Below, piece after piece: positions 1-7,870 of a stretch of DNA of 64,000 nt; the first letter of the stretch is position 1, and each line of letters begins with the position of its first letter. The DNA is taken from assembly GCA_022071975.1 (NCBI GenBank), contig JAJVIO010000007.1, forward strand, positions 18,715 to 82,714, written 5' to 3'. This DNA comes from Planctomycetota bacterium (GTDB lineage: Bacteria; Planctomycetota; UBA8742; UBA2392). Under the pieces are notes generated by a model. It worked only from the letters and a program-made list of their open reading frames with translations, was not told the DNA's origin and ran no database searches. The position numbers were made by a program, and so were the translations under genes.

Positions 1-358
1 GCATGGCCGTGCCGATCACGCGCACGGGCCAGTCGGCAGCCTTGCGGCGGAAGAAGATCAGTGACGCGTACACGCCCAGCACCCCCACCAGCAGGTAGGT
101 GCCCACGCCCAGGAAGGTGTAGCCCAGGTGCACGGCCACCGCGCCGATGCGCCCGCCCAGGTTGTTGGGCTGGTCGTTGAGGGGCCAGACGGCGCCGGGG
201 ATGTCGGCCGGGTCGTAGCTGACGATGCTGAGGATCAGGAAGGCGACCACCAGGATCAGGCTCAGGGCCGCGCATTCCTGCAGCATCTCGCGCTTGAACA
301 GACGGCCGACGCGGTCGATGGCGATGGATGCGCGAGCGCTCAGAGATTTGCCGGCCAT
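1..358 (-). CDS. ftsK: DNA translocase FtsK/SpoIIIE, N-terminal membrane region (5' part only; gene runs off the window start)
   Basis: Own minus-strand translation from ATG (cat 356-358): MAGKSLSARASIAIDRVGRLFKREMLQECAALSLILVVAFLILSIVSYDPADIPGAVWPLNDQPNNLGGRIGAVAVHLGYTFLGVGTYLL. This fits the conserved FtsK N-terminal pattern (SY.P.D ... N.GG..GA). Absent from the ORF track because it is open at the window edge. Confidence 0.6.
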   Translation of the reverse strand, partial: MAGKSLSARASIAIDRVGRLFKREMLQECAALSLILVVAFLILSIVSYDPADIPGAVWPLNDQPNNLGGRIGAVAVHLGYTFLGVGTYLLVGVLGVYASLIFFRRKAADWPVRVIGTAM

Positions 359-460
359 GGTGACTCCCCTCGATGACAACCCACCCGCGACGACACGGGC
401 TATCCGGCTTTCGGCAACCGCAAGCACAATTCTTGAGCGGGATTGTGTTTGTGGCCGCAA

Positions 461-492
461 GGGGACTGTCCCCGAAGTTGGGGACTGTCCCC
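461..492. repeat. Two tandem copies of the 13-bp palindrome GGGGACTGTCCCC separated by GAAGTT
   Basis: Read directly at 461-473 and 480-492. Same 13-mer family as 34439-34513. Lies in the divergent ftsK/VOC promoter region. Confidence 0.9.
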
Positions 493-555
493 GTCTGGCC
501 GGGTCCGGGCTTGCTTGTGCGGGTGACGTGGTTCATAGTTCTGGGGGAGACCACC

Positions 556-1107
556 ATGGCGAAGAAGGGCGGCAAGAAGACCAAGAGCCTTCAGCGCAGG
601 CAGCCGGGCAAAGCCGAGGCCGCGATTGACGAGTTGGCCGAGCAGCCGGGACCAAAGGTCAACGTGCGCTTCCTGTACGTGATGTGCAACGACGTCGGCC
701 TGATGCGCGATTTCTACTCCGATGTGCTGGGCATGTCCGAGCTCAACTTCCGCGACGACGAGAACTTCGGCTGGGCCGTCTATGACACCGAGGGCTTCCA
801 GCTGATGTTCTTCCGCTGGGACAACGAGTTGCCCTTTGACGAACGCTGGGCCTGGCAGCCGGGCGAAGCGCCCGAGAACTCCGCGCCGCTGATGAGCTTC
901 AGCCTCGAGTACCCTGAAGACGAGCTGCGCGAGGTGGTCAAGCGCGTGCGCGAAGTGGACCTGCCCACGGCCACGGACAAACCCACCTGGCGCCAGAACA
1001 GCTACTGGGGCTGGACCATCAAGGACCCCATGGGCAACACCATCGAGCTGTTCAGCAGCGTCCAGCAACAGCCACCGGAAGGCGAAACCCCGGAGTGGCA
1101 GGAGTAG
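556..1107 (+). CDS. VOC (glyoxalase/bleomycin-resistance fold) family protein
   Basis: ORF 373..1107 trimmed to ATG 556, with GGGGAGA upstream. VRFLYVMCNDVGLMRDFYSDVLGM ... DPMGNTIELF resembles the VOC fold. K-rich N-terminal tail. Confidence 0.7.
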   Translation: MAKKGGKKTKSLQRRQPGKAEAAIDELAEQPGPKVNVRFLYVMCNDVGLMRDFYSDVLGMSELNFRDDENFGWAVYDTEGFQLMFFRWDNELPFDERWAWQPGEAPENSAPLMSFSLEYPEDELREVVKRVREVDLPTATDKPTWRQNSYWGWTIKDPMGNTIELFSSVQQQPPEGETPEWQE

Positions 1108-1177
1108 GGGCGGCCCCATGTGGCCGCCCGCCCATGGCGCGACCGAACTTCGGGCCGCCACGTGGGGCGGCCCCTAC
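1104..1177. repeat. REPIN-like inverted doublet of GTAG-headed hairpins (class I: GTAGGGGCGGCC-CCATGT-GGCCGCCC / GGGCCGCC-ACGTGG-GGCGGCCCCTAC)
   Basis: Two 8-bp-stem hairpins (1108-1129 and 1152-1173) in inverted orientation between convergent genes. The TAG stops of both flanking genes (1105-1107 on + and 1174-1176 on -) lie inside the GTAG heads. Confidence 0.85.
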
Positions 1178-2007
1178 AACCAGTCAATGCCCTTCACCTC
1201 CTTGAACCTTTCGCGCATGACCTCGATGGCCTGGGGGTTGTTGTCCACCAGGATGAACTCGCGGCCTTCCTCTATGCACGCGGCGCCGGTGGTGCCTGAG
1301 CCTGCGAAAAAGTCCAGCACCACATCCCCCGGGTTGCTGCTGGCCTGGATCGCGCGCCGCACCACACCCAGCGGCTTCTGCGTCGGGTAGCCCGTCTTCT
1401 CGCGCCCGGCCGTGGGCACGATGGTGTGCCACCACACGTCGGTCGGGAGCTTGCCCCTGGCGGCCTTCTCGGGGCCGACCAGGCCGGGCGCCATGTAGGG
1501 TATGCGCTCGATGGCGTCCTGGTTGAAGGTGTAGAGGGCTGCGTCCCTGGCATACAGGAAGATGGTGTCGTGCTTGGCGGGCCAGCGGCGCTTGGGACGA
1601 CCGCCGTAGTCGTAGGCCCAGATGATCTCGTTGACGAAGCAGTCGCGCCCGAAGATGGCGTCGAGCAGGAAGACTTTACAGTAGTGGGCTTCGCGGTAGT
1701 CGATGTGGAAGTAGATCGAGCCGGTAGGTTTTAAGACGCGCCGGGCCTCGACCAGCCGCGGGCGCAGGAACTCGAGGAAGTCTTCAAAGGCGTCGTCATA
1801 GGCGCGCTCGGCCAGCTCGGTGGTTTTGTAGCGCACGCCCTTGAAGCCGGTGCGGTCGCCGGAGGCGTCGGGCTCGACCTTGATCGAGCGCCGCGTCTGC
1901 GCACGGCCGGTGTTGAAGGGCGGGTCGATGTAGATCAGGTCCACAGAGGCATCAGCAAGCCCCCGCAACACCTCCAGGTTGTCAGAGTTGTAGACCCGTC
2001 CACCCAT
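1174..2007 (-). CDS. Site-specific DNA methyltransferase, beta-class (probably N6-adenine), orphan
   Basis: Motif IV DLIYIDPPFNTG lies N-terminal to YPTQKP and motif I VVLDFFAGSGTTGAA, which is the beta-class order. ORF 1174..2190 trimmed to ATG 2007 (MGGRVYNSDNLEVL) because the upstream part is hairpin-repeat DNA. Confidence 0.8.
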   Translation of the reverse strand: MGGRVYNSDNLEVLRGLADASVDLIYIDPPFNTGRAQTRRSIKVEPDASGDRTGFKGVRYKTTELAERAYDDAFEDFLEFLRPRLVEARRVLKPTGSIYFHIDYREAHYCKVFLLDAIFGRDCFVNEIIWAYDYGGRPKRRWPAKHDTIFLYARDAALYTFNQDAIERIPYMAPGLVGPEKAARGKLPTDVWWHTIVPTAGREKTGYPTQKPLGVVRRAIQASSNPGDVVLDFFAGSGTTGAACIEEGREFILVDNNPQAIEVMRERFKEVKGIDWL

Positions 2008-2040
2008 CGCCGCAGCATAGCAAGCAGCGCGACACAGCAG

Positions 2041-2061
2041 GAGCGCGGACGTCCCGTCCGC
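2041..2061. repeat. Hairpin repeat GAGCGCGGACG-TCC-CGTCCGC (second copy at 5259-5280)
   Basis: Identical 21-mer read at both sites. 7-bp stem with a 3-nt loop. Confidence 0.85.
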
Positions 2062-2214
2062 ACCGGCAGGCTGGAAGCCCGCCCCACGCAATGGGAGCGC
2101 CGGCATCGGCTGCCATTCGTGGCATGGGCGCCTCGCCCATGTCTGCCGGCCAAGGCCGGCAGTACCGGCGGGCATTGGCCCGCCGGGCACAGGCGAGGCG
2201 CCTGCAACACGTGC

Positions 2215-3822
2215 CTAGTCGTCCAGGATGTCGTCGATGTCGGGCTTCTTCTTTTCCGGTTCCTTCTTTTCCGGCTTGGGCTTGTCTTCTTTGCCGGTTA
2301 CCGGGTCGGGCTCTTTGGGCTCGGGCTCGGGCTTCTTCGCTTTGCCTGACTTGCCGAACCAGACGGGCAGGTTGTCTTTCTCCAAACACAAAATGATCAC
2401 CCAGTGCGCCGTGTTCCACACTGTGCCCAGGTCCAGGTCGTTGTTACGACCCATCTGGGCGCTTTCCTTGGTGGGCCGGCCGGTGAAGGTGCAGTCCGGG
2501 TTGCGCAGCATGGTGCACTCCTGGCGCTGGGCCTCCCAGTATGCGCCCCAGGCCTTCTTGCCCTCGCGGTAGCAGGCGGCGGCCGCGCTCAGGTGGTGCA
2601 TGGTCGGGCTCACGTGGCCGTCGATGATGTCGCGCAGGTTCGCCTGCAGGAACGCGCTCATCGGCTTGTAGTACGGGTGGTCGTCGCGGCCCACGGCGCC
2701 GAACGCCATCATCGCGCCGCCGGTACGGCCGGGGTCGCCCCAGCCGACCTGCCCCTGGCGGGTGCTGTAGCCCACGCCGCCCTTGCCGCCGCCGCACTTC
2801 TGGATGTACTCGAGCATCAGCTCGATCTTCTTGCCGTCCACGTCAACGCCGTTGGCCTTGGCGCCGCCAAGCGCCGCCACGCAGTAGTTGCTGACGATCT
2901 CGAGCTCAAGGTAATTCAGCGCGTTGGGCCCGCCCGGGCCGTGGGCAAAGCCGCCGCTGGATTCCATGTTGGCCATGATGGTCTCGGCCACCCACTTCAG
3001 CTTCTCATCCAGGCCGCGCACCGGCGAAGCGTGCTGCACCTCGCTCAGGAAAATGCCGCCGTAGCCCAGCCCCCAGTTGGTCTGGTTCCAGTTCGCGCCG
3101 CCGCCGCCCCCGCCGAAGGCGCTTTCCTTGCCGATGTTCGCCATCACGAACTTCGCCGCGTTCTCGACGTTCTTCTTGTAGCTGCCCTTGGCCGCCGTGT
3201 TGCCGGCCGCCATGAACGCCAGGCCGCACAGGCTGGTCATCACGCAACGGCCGTTTTCGCCGGAGAGGTGGCACTCCCAGCCGCCGTCGCCCTGCTGCTG
3301 TTTGGCGAGATACTCGAGCGCCTTGTCCACGATGGCGTCGCGCATTTTGCCGCCGGGGAAGTCGTTGGCGTCCTTGCCGTACTCCTGTACCTGCACCTCG
3401 AGGGTCTTCTCGGCGCCGCCGCGCTGGATGGACAGCTTCACCACGGCGCTCTTGGCCTTCTTCTGGGCTTCGGCGGCTTCGATGGCAGCGCCGAGCTCGT
3501 GATAGGCGTCGCGCTTGAAGCCCGCGGGCGCGCCGCTGATCACGTCGCCGACCTGCAGGCCGGCCTTGGCGCCGGGGGCGTCCTCGAAGACCTGCTCGAC
3601 CTTGAGTGTCTGGCCCACCATGGTGGCCTTGCCGCCGATGGGGCCGAGGTTGTACCAGTCGCCCTCTGAGCCCTGGGGCTGCTGGCCGCCGCCGCCCGGC
3701 AGTCGCCCGCCGGGGAAACGCCCGCCGCCGGGAATGGGAACACCCTGGGCGTCCGAAACCGGCCAGGCAAAAGTCATTACGAGAGTTAAGGCACAAACAA
3801 GGGCAAACAGAGTCCGTCGCAT
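2215..3822 (-). CDS. Secreted PDZ-domain protein with prenyltransferase/squalene-cyclase-like repeat region and K/E/P-rich C-terminal tail
   Basis: Start trimmed to MRRTLFALVCALTLVMTFAWPVSDAQG (signal peptide, GAGGA SD). PDZ-like GLQVGDVISGAP. LEYLAKQQQGDGGWECH-type alpha/alpha-toroid repeats. Tail KKPEPEPKEPDP...KKEPEKKKPD. Confidence 0.7.
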   Translation of the reverse strand: MRRTLFALVCALTLVMTFAWPVSDAQGVPIPGGGRFPGGRLPGGGGQQPQGSEGDWYNLGPIGGKATMVGQTLKVEQVFEDAPGAKAGLQVGDVISGAPAGFKRDAYHELGAAIEAAEAQKKAKSAVVKLSIQRGGAEKTLEVQVQEYGKDANDFPGGKMRDAIVDKALEYLAKQQQGDGGWECHLSGENGRCVMTSLCGLAFMAAGNTAAKGSYKKNVENAAKFVMANIGKESAFGGGGGGANWNQTNWGLGYGGIFLSEVQHASPVRGLDEKLKWVAETIMANMESSGGFAHGPGGPNALNYLELEIVSNYCVAALGGAKANGVDVDGKKIELMLEYIQKCGGGKGGVGYSTRQGQVGWGDPGRTGGAMMAFGAVGRDDHPYYKPMSAFLQANLRDIIDGHVSPTMHHLSAAAACYREGKKAWGAYWEAQRQECTMLRNPDCTFTGRPTKESAQMGRNNDLDLGTVWNTAHWVIILCLEKDNLPVWFGKSGKAKKPEPEPKEPDPVTGKEDKPKPEKKEPEKKKPDIDDILDD

Positions 3823-4049
3823 CGGAGTCCTCACAAAGCCACGGCCTGCCCAGGCGCTGCGGCGCACGATTGTCGTCAGATGTAGTGGAACAGTTCCCTC
3901 TCTCCTAACGGATAAACGGTAGAGGTAGCCCTATGTTTTCAGCGCCGGGCACAGCGCATCCTGCATCCGAAATCCACCATCCTGAATCCGAAAGGGGGTC
4001 CTTATGGGGTGTAACTGGATGGTTAGATTTGGCGCGAATGGCCCACCAC

Positions 4050-4063
4050 CACAAAATTTTGTG
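4050..4063. promoter_or_regulatory. Candidate NrdR box (perfect 14-bp palindrome CACAAAATTTTGTG) about 105 nt upstream of nrdR
   Basis: Resembles the NrdR-box consensus acaCwAtATaTwGtgt. It is an AT-rich palindrome in otherwise GC-rich DNA. Only a single box was seen; NrdR boxes usually occur in pairs. Confidence 0.4.
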
Positions 4064-4167
4064 TGTCGGCAGCGGCGAACCGTCGAATCCGCCATACATG
4101 CCTGCTAACATCTCTGACCATACACCACTGGTTGCGATCCCCCTCCCACAACCAGACCGGAGGTCCC

Positions 4168-4617
4168 ATGCGCTGCCCGTTCTGCAACGTCGATAACGAC
4201 CGTGTCGTGGACTCGCGCTCCTCGGCCGACGGCGCCGTGGTGCGCCGCCGCCGCGAATGCCTGAACTGCCACAAGCGCTTCACCACCTACGAACGCATCG
4301 AGGAAACGCCCCTGCGCGTGATCAAGAAAGACGGCAGCCGCTCACCCTTTGACCGCGAGAAGATCCGCCACGGCATCCAGCGCGCCTGTGAAAAACGCCC
4401 GGTCAGCGCCGCGCAGATCGACGACATCGTGACGGCGATCGAGAACGAGGTCAGCAAGAAGTACGAGCGCGAAGTGCCCACACGCGTAATCGGCGAAATG
4501 ATCATGGATCGCCTCAAGAGCGTGGACAAAGTCGCCTACGTACGCTTCGCCAGCGTCTACCGCGAATTCAAAGACCCACAGGACTTCGTAGCCGCAGTAG
4601 AAGGCGCCGGCCGATAA
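4168..4617 (+). CDS. nrdR: Transcriptional repressor NrdR
   Basis: MRCPFCNVDNDRVVDSRSSADGAVVRRRRECLNCHKRFTTYERIEE (Zn ribbon) followed by an ATP-cone. GGAGG SD 6 nt before ATG 4168. Confidence 0.95.
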   Translation: MRCPFCNVDNDRVVDSRSSADGAVVRRRRECLNCHKRFTTYERIEETPLRVIKKDGSRSPFDREKIRHGIQRACEKRPVSAAQIDDIVTAIENEVSKKYEREVPTRVIGEMIMDRLKSVDKVAYVRFASVYREFKDPQDFVAAVEGAGR

Positions 4618-4622
4618 GGAGC

Positions 4623-4690
4623 GCAGGCATCATGCCTGCACCCGGTGCGGTCGTCTCGACCGCACCGCCGCGCGTGCGTGACGCACGCGC
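4623..4690. terminator. Three consecutive perfect GC-rich hairpins between convergent genes
   Basis: GCAGGCAT-C-ATGCCTGC (4623-4639), GGTGCGGTCG-TCT-CGACCGCACC (4644-4666) and GCGCGTGCGT-G-ACGCACGCGC (4670-4690). No U-tracts. Confidence 0.6.
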
Positions 4691-4716
4691 GCCATGCCGG
4701 CGAGACGCCCGCGCTC

Positions 4717-5184
4717 CTACGCCGCCACTGCCTGCTGCCCTTCCAGGATGCGCAACAGCTTCTCGAGGCTGTCGTCGCGCTCCGGGTCGAGGCCGACGCG
4801 CTCCATCAGCTCCCGCGCCGGCCTGGGCAGGGGCGGGATGTTGCCCGGCGTCGCCTGGCGCAGCTCGTTGGTCCAGACCATCATCGACTGCGCGAACTCC
4901 TGCAGCGTCTGCTGCGGCAGGTTCAGCTGCGGCACGGGTTGGGGCTCAGGGCTGCTCTCGGCCGGCGCCTGTTTGGCGGCGCGCAACTCGAGGCTCGCGA
5001 TCTGGGCCAGTTGGCGGGCCGAGGCGCGCCCTTCGCGCACCAGCTCGCGTGCGGTTTTCCAGTCGATTTCCTCGCCGCGCTCCAGGGCGGCAAGCTGCTG
5101 CTTGAGCAGGCGGTGGGTCAGCTCGACGCAGTCTTTCAGGAAGGCTTTGCTGGTTTCCAGTCCAGCCTGGGTTTCGGGTTGCAT
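4717..5184 (-). CDS. Hypothetical protein (helical, Q/E/L-rich)
   Basis: ORF 4717..5232 trimmed to MQPETQAG with GGAGG SD. GC3-rich codons. No recognisable motif. Confidence 0.55.
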   Translation of the reverse strand: MQPETQAGLETSKAFLKDCVELTHRLLKQQLAALERGEEIDWKTARELVREGRASARQLAQIASLELRAAKQAPAESSPEPQPVPQLNLPQQTLQEFAQSMMVWTNELRQATPGNIPPLPRPARELMERVGLDPERDDSLEKLLRILEGQQAVAA

Positions 5185-5258
5185 GGCAACCTCCGGTATG
5201 GGGTGCACGGCGGACACTCCGCCGTCGACCATTTGAGTATACCGGTGGGTGCGACACG

Positions 5259-5416
5259 GGAGCGCGGACGTCCCGTCCGCAAAAAACCAAAGCCCGGGAT
5301 GCCAATCCCGGGCGGTTCAGCGTGAAGCCGCGAGTTCCACCTAAATCGCCGGGGTTTGCACCCCGGGCTTTGGTTACGGCTCCACAATCCGGGGACACGC
5401 AGCAGCGTGTCCCTAC
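5259..5416. repeat. Mosaic of short hairpin modules (BIME-like)
   Basis: Four modules. GCGGACGTCCCGTCCGC (copy of 2041). CCAAAGCCCGGGAT-gcca-ATCCCGGG plus CGGTTCAGCGTGAAGCCGCGAG (both also at 23583-23649 in another arrangement). CCGGGGT-ttgc-ACCCCGG. GGGGACACGC-agca-GCGTGTCCCTAC (class II). Confidence 0.85.
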
Positions 5417-5492
5417 GTGCGATGGGCGCTTGAACGTGCCTGTTCCCGGTTGTGGTGCGTGACACGCGGCTGCGTGTCCCCGCGATCCCGGG

Positions 5493-5789
5493 CTACTGGT
5501 CGTGCTTTGACTTGGATTGCGTGTCCTGGATCAGCTTCAACAGGCGGGTTTCGCGCTCAGTGCGGCGTTGGCGGGCTTCCGCCTCTTGCTCCGGGGTGAC
5601 GGGCCTGGCCTCAGGCGGCATGCTGTCCGCGGGCGGGATGTTCTTCGGATCCGGAAACAGGCGCGTGAACACTTCGCCCACTTCCAGGCGCTCGCCGGAA
5701 GTCAGCCACACGGTGATTGCCACGCTGACCAGCAGCATGAGCAACATGCCGAGTGCGATGCCAACGATGATCACTACGTCGCCGCTCAT
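5493..5789 (-). CDS. Small single-pass membrane protein, hypothetical
   Basis: MSGDVVIIVGIALGMLLMLLVSVAITVWL is a TM helix, followed by a charged tail. ORF from the track. No SD seen. Confidence 0.5.
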   Translation of the reverse strand: MSGDVVIIVGIALGMLLMLLVSVAITVWLTSGERLEVGEVFTRLFPDPKNIPPADSMPPEARPVTPEQEAEARQRRTERETRLLKLIQDTQSKSKHDQ

Positions 5790-5906
5790 AGTTAAAGAGT
5801 ATCACACTCTCGACTTGCGCGTGAAAGGTTTTGCCGGGACAAGCGCCCATGGTGCCTGTCCCTGCCATGTACGCAAAAAAGGGCCTGGCACGTTCCGTGC
5901 CTGGCC

Positions 5907-5952
5907 CCGGTTGTGGCTTGGGGGACACGCGGCTGCGTGTCCCTACTGGTCG
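5907..5952. repeat. Class II GTAG-headed hairpin (GGGGACACGC-ggct-GCGTGTCCCTAC) with flanks duplicated at 5444-5502
   Basis: CCCGGTTGTGG..GACACGCGGCTGCGTGTCCC..CTACTGGTCG occurs at both sites. It overlaps the last codons and TAG stop of both adjacent minus-strand genes. Confidence 0.85.
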
Positions 5953-7367
5953 AGCTTGCGGTCGTGTTCGTGGTCGGGCTCTACGCTTTCCATGCGCCAG
6001 GTTTCTTCCAGGGCGTCCACTTCCGTGGGCAGCCACACACGCGCCTCGCCGCTTTCCAACATCTGGCGCATGCCTTCCTCAAAGAAAAACTCCCTCTCGC
6101 CGAAGGCCGGCTTCAGCTGGTCCATCCAGGTCGCGCGCTGGTCGTACTTCGCGAAAAACACCTGGTTCACCCAGGCCGGGTCGCGCCCCTGCAGCATCTT
6201 GAGCACGAAGGCCTTTTCCCCCTTCACCTCCACCACGCCGCTGATCAGCACCTTGCCCGGCGTGCAGCTCATGCTGGGGCCGCGCACCGTGCGGGCCAGG
6301 CCGGTCACCTGCCGGTAGGCCTCGGTGAAAATCATGTAGGCGCGCCACAGGGGCACCTCGAAGTAGCCGCGCGCGCCGGTGTCGCGCTCGATGAACATGT
6401 AATACGGGATCGCCCCCAGGCTCACCTGCTTGCGCCACATCTGCGCCCAGTTGTCCGCATTGTCGTTCACGTGCCGGATCAGCGGCGCCTGCGTGCGCAC
6501 CGTGGCGCCCGCACTCACCAGCCGCTTCACGGCCGCCTGGGCCACGTCGGTCTGCAGTTCGCGCAGCACGCTGAAGTGGGCCATGATGGCGGCGTCCTTG
6601 CCGGCGGCGCGGATTTCACCAATCAAGCGCATCAGGTCGTCGGCGTCTTCGCCGTGGGTGAAGCGGTACGGCCAGTAGGCCGGCGCCTTGGTCCCGAAGC
6701 GGATGCTGGCCACGTGCTCAAGCCCCGGGCCGAGCAGCGGCTCGACGTACTGGCGCAAGAGCTGCGTGCGCATGATCATGGGGTCGCCGCCCGTGATCAG
6801 CACGCTGGTGACTTCCTTGTGAGCGCGCAGGTACTCGACCAGCCCGGCCGCCTCTTTGCTCGCGAACTTCATGTCGTCCAGGCCGACGAACTGCGGCCAG
6901 CGGAAGCAGTAGGTGCAGTAGGCGTGGCAGGTCTGCCCGGCCATGGGGAAGAACAGCACCGTCTCGCGGTACTTGTGCTGCATGCCCGCAAGCGGCTGGC
7001 CGTTTTCGTGCGGCACGTTCAGCGACTTCTGCCCGGCCGGGTGCGGGTTGAGTGAATAGCGGATGCGCTTGACCTCGGCCGCCAGCTCGGCCGCGGGCGC
7101 GTTGCGCTTGAGCATGCCGCACAGCAGGCCGAAGTCCTCACGGGCCAGCATGCCGGGCTGCGGGAAGGTGAGCTGGAAGACGGGGTCGTTGGGGACGTTG
7201 TCCCAGTCGATCAGTTCTTCCAACACGTAGTTATTCACGCGAAACGGCAGCACTTCCGCCACGGCGCGCATGGCCAGGCGGTGGTCCGGTGTCAGTTTCT
7301 GCAGCTGGGGCAGGATCTCGAGGTGCTGCTTGCTGAAGACCTGGAACTTGCGGTCGTCAATGGACAT
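5943..7367 (-). CDS. KamA-family radical SAM protein (lysine 2,3-aminomutase-like)
   Basis: GQTCHAYCTYCFRWPQF CxxxCxxC cluster in a KamA-like context. 474 aa. Confidence 0.8.
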   Translation of the reverse strand: MSIDDRKFQVFSKQHLEILPQLQKLTPDHRLAMRAVAEVLPFRVNNYVLEELIDWDNVPNDPVFQLTFPQPGMLAREDFGLLCGMLKRNAPAAELAAEVKRIRYSLNPHPAGQKSLNVPHENGQPLAGMQHKYRETVLFFPMAGQTCHAYCTYCFRWPQFVGLDDMKFASKEAAGLVEYLRAHKEVTSVLITGGDPMIMRTQLLRQYVEPLLGPGLEHVASIRFGTKAPAYWPYRFTHGEDADDLMRLIGEIRAAGKDAAIMAHFSVLRELQTDVAQAAVKRLVSAGATVRTQAPLIRHVNDNADNWAQMWRKQVSLGAIPYYMFIERDTGARGYFEVPLWRAYMIFTEAYRQVTGLARTVRGPSMSCTPGKVLISGVVEVKGEKAFVLKMLQGRDPAWVNQVFFAKYDQRATWMDQLKPAFGEREFFFEEGMRQMLESGEARVWLPTEVDALEETWRMESVEPDHEHDRKLDQ

Positions 7368-7692
7368 GGGCTCTCCTTATCTGGGCGTAGTGACACGCCG
7401 ATTCGCGTAACGGCCGGGAACAACCCAAGCGCGAACCCAGGGCAAACCGCCCGGCCGTGATCAATGACTGTTCTGGTGGCCCCCGCAAGCAGTACGACGA
7501 GCGGAGACCGGCACTACATGGGCCGCTGAGCGCAGTCCAGGCCACGCTGTGCGCGGCCATTTGCAGCCACGCAAGGATAGCAAAACCGTGCATCGGAAGT
7601 CAAGGACAATTCAGCAAGTCTCGCCTATACAAAGGCTTAGGACAGGCCTGACAGGCCCGACGGCAGGCTTGTGTTGACGTGTCAACGGTTTG

Positions 7693-7769
7693 AACAGGAG
7701 CCGCAAGCGCAAGCGCGCGGGGATTCATCACGGTGGTTCGGCCGCGCGCTTGCGCTTGCGGCTCCTGTT
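7693..7769. repeat. Long hairpin with a 28-bp perfect stem, AACAGGAGCCGCAAGCGCAAGCGCGCGG / complement (second copy at 32326-32391)
   Basis: Arms 7693-7720 and 7742-7769 with a 21-nt loop. The stem contains the tandem word GCAAGCGC. Confidence 0.9.
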
Positions 7770-7870
7770 CACCCGACCGCCCCGCTTACACACGACCCCA
7801 AGGTTTGGAATGCCACTTGGCTTGCCCGGGTGCTACTATTCCGGCCGTTGAACTGACGACAGGAGCTTCC

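Noticed and set aside
128-629. Plus-strand ORFs 128..376 and 225..629 at the window start.
   Set aside because: They overlap the minus-strand FtsK N-terminus and the hairpin-containing promoter region. Their translations are low-complexity.
1174-3822. Restriction-modification system around the methyltransferase.
   Set aside because: The neighbouring genes are a VOC protein and a secreted PDZ/prenyltransferase-repeat protein. No endonuclease-like ORF lies on either strand.
4000-4095. tRNA-like fragments (GGGGTGTAACTGGATGGTTAGA..., ...CCACCACCA, GTCGAATCCGCC).
   Set aside because: No complementary acceptor stem and no cloverleaf could be drawn, and the T-arm-like string is not in register. 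The AT palindrome here is better explained as an NrdR box.
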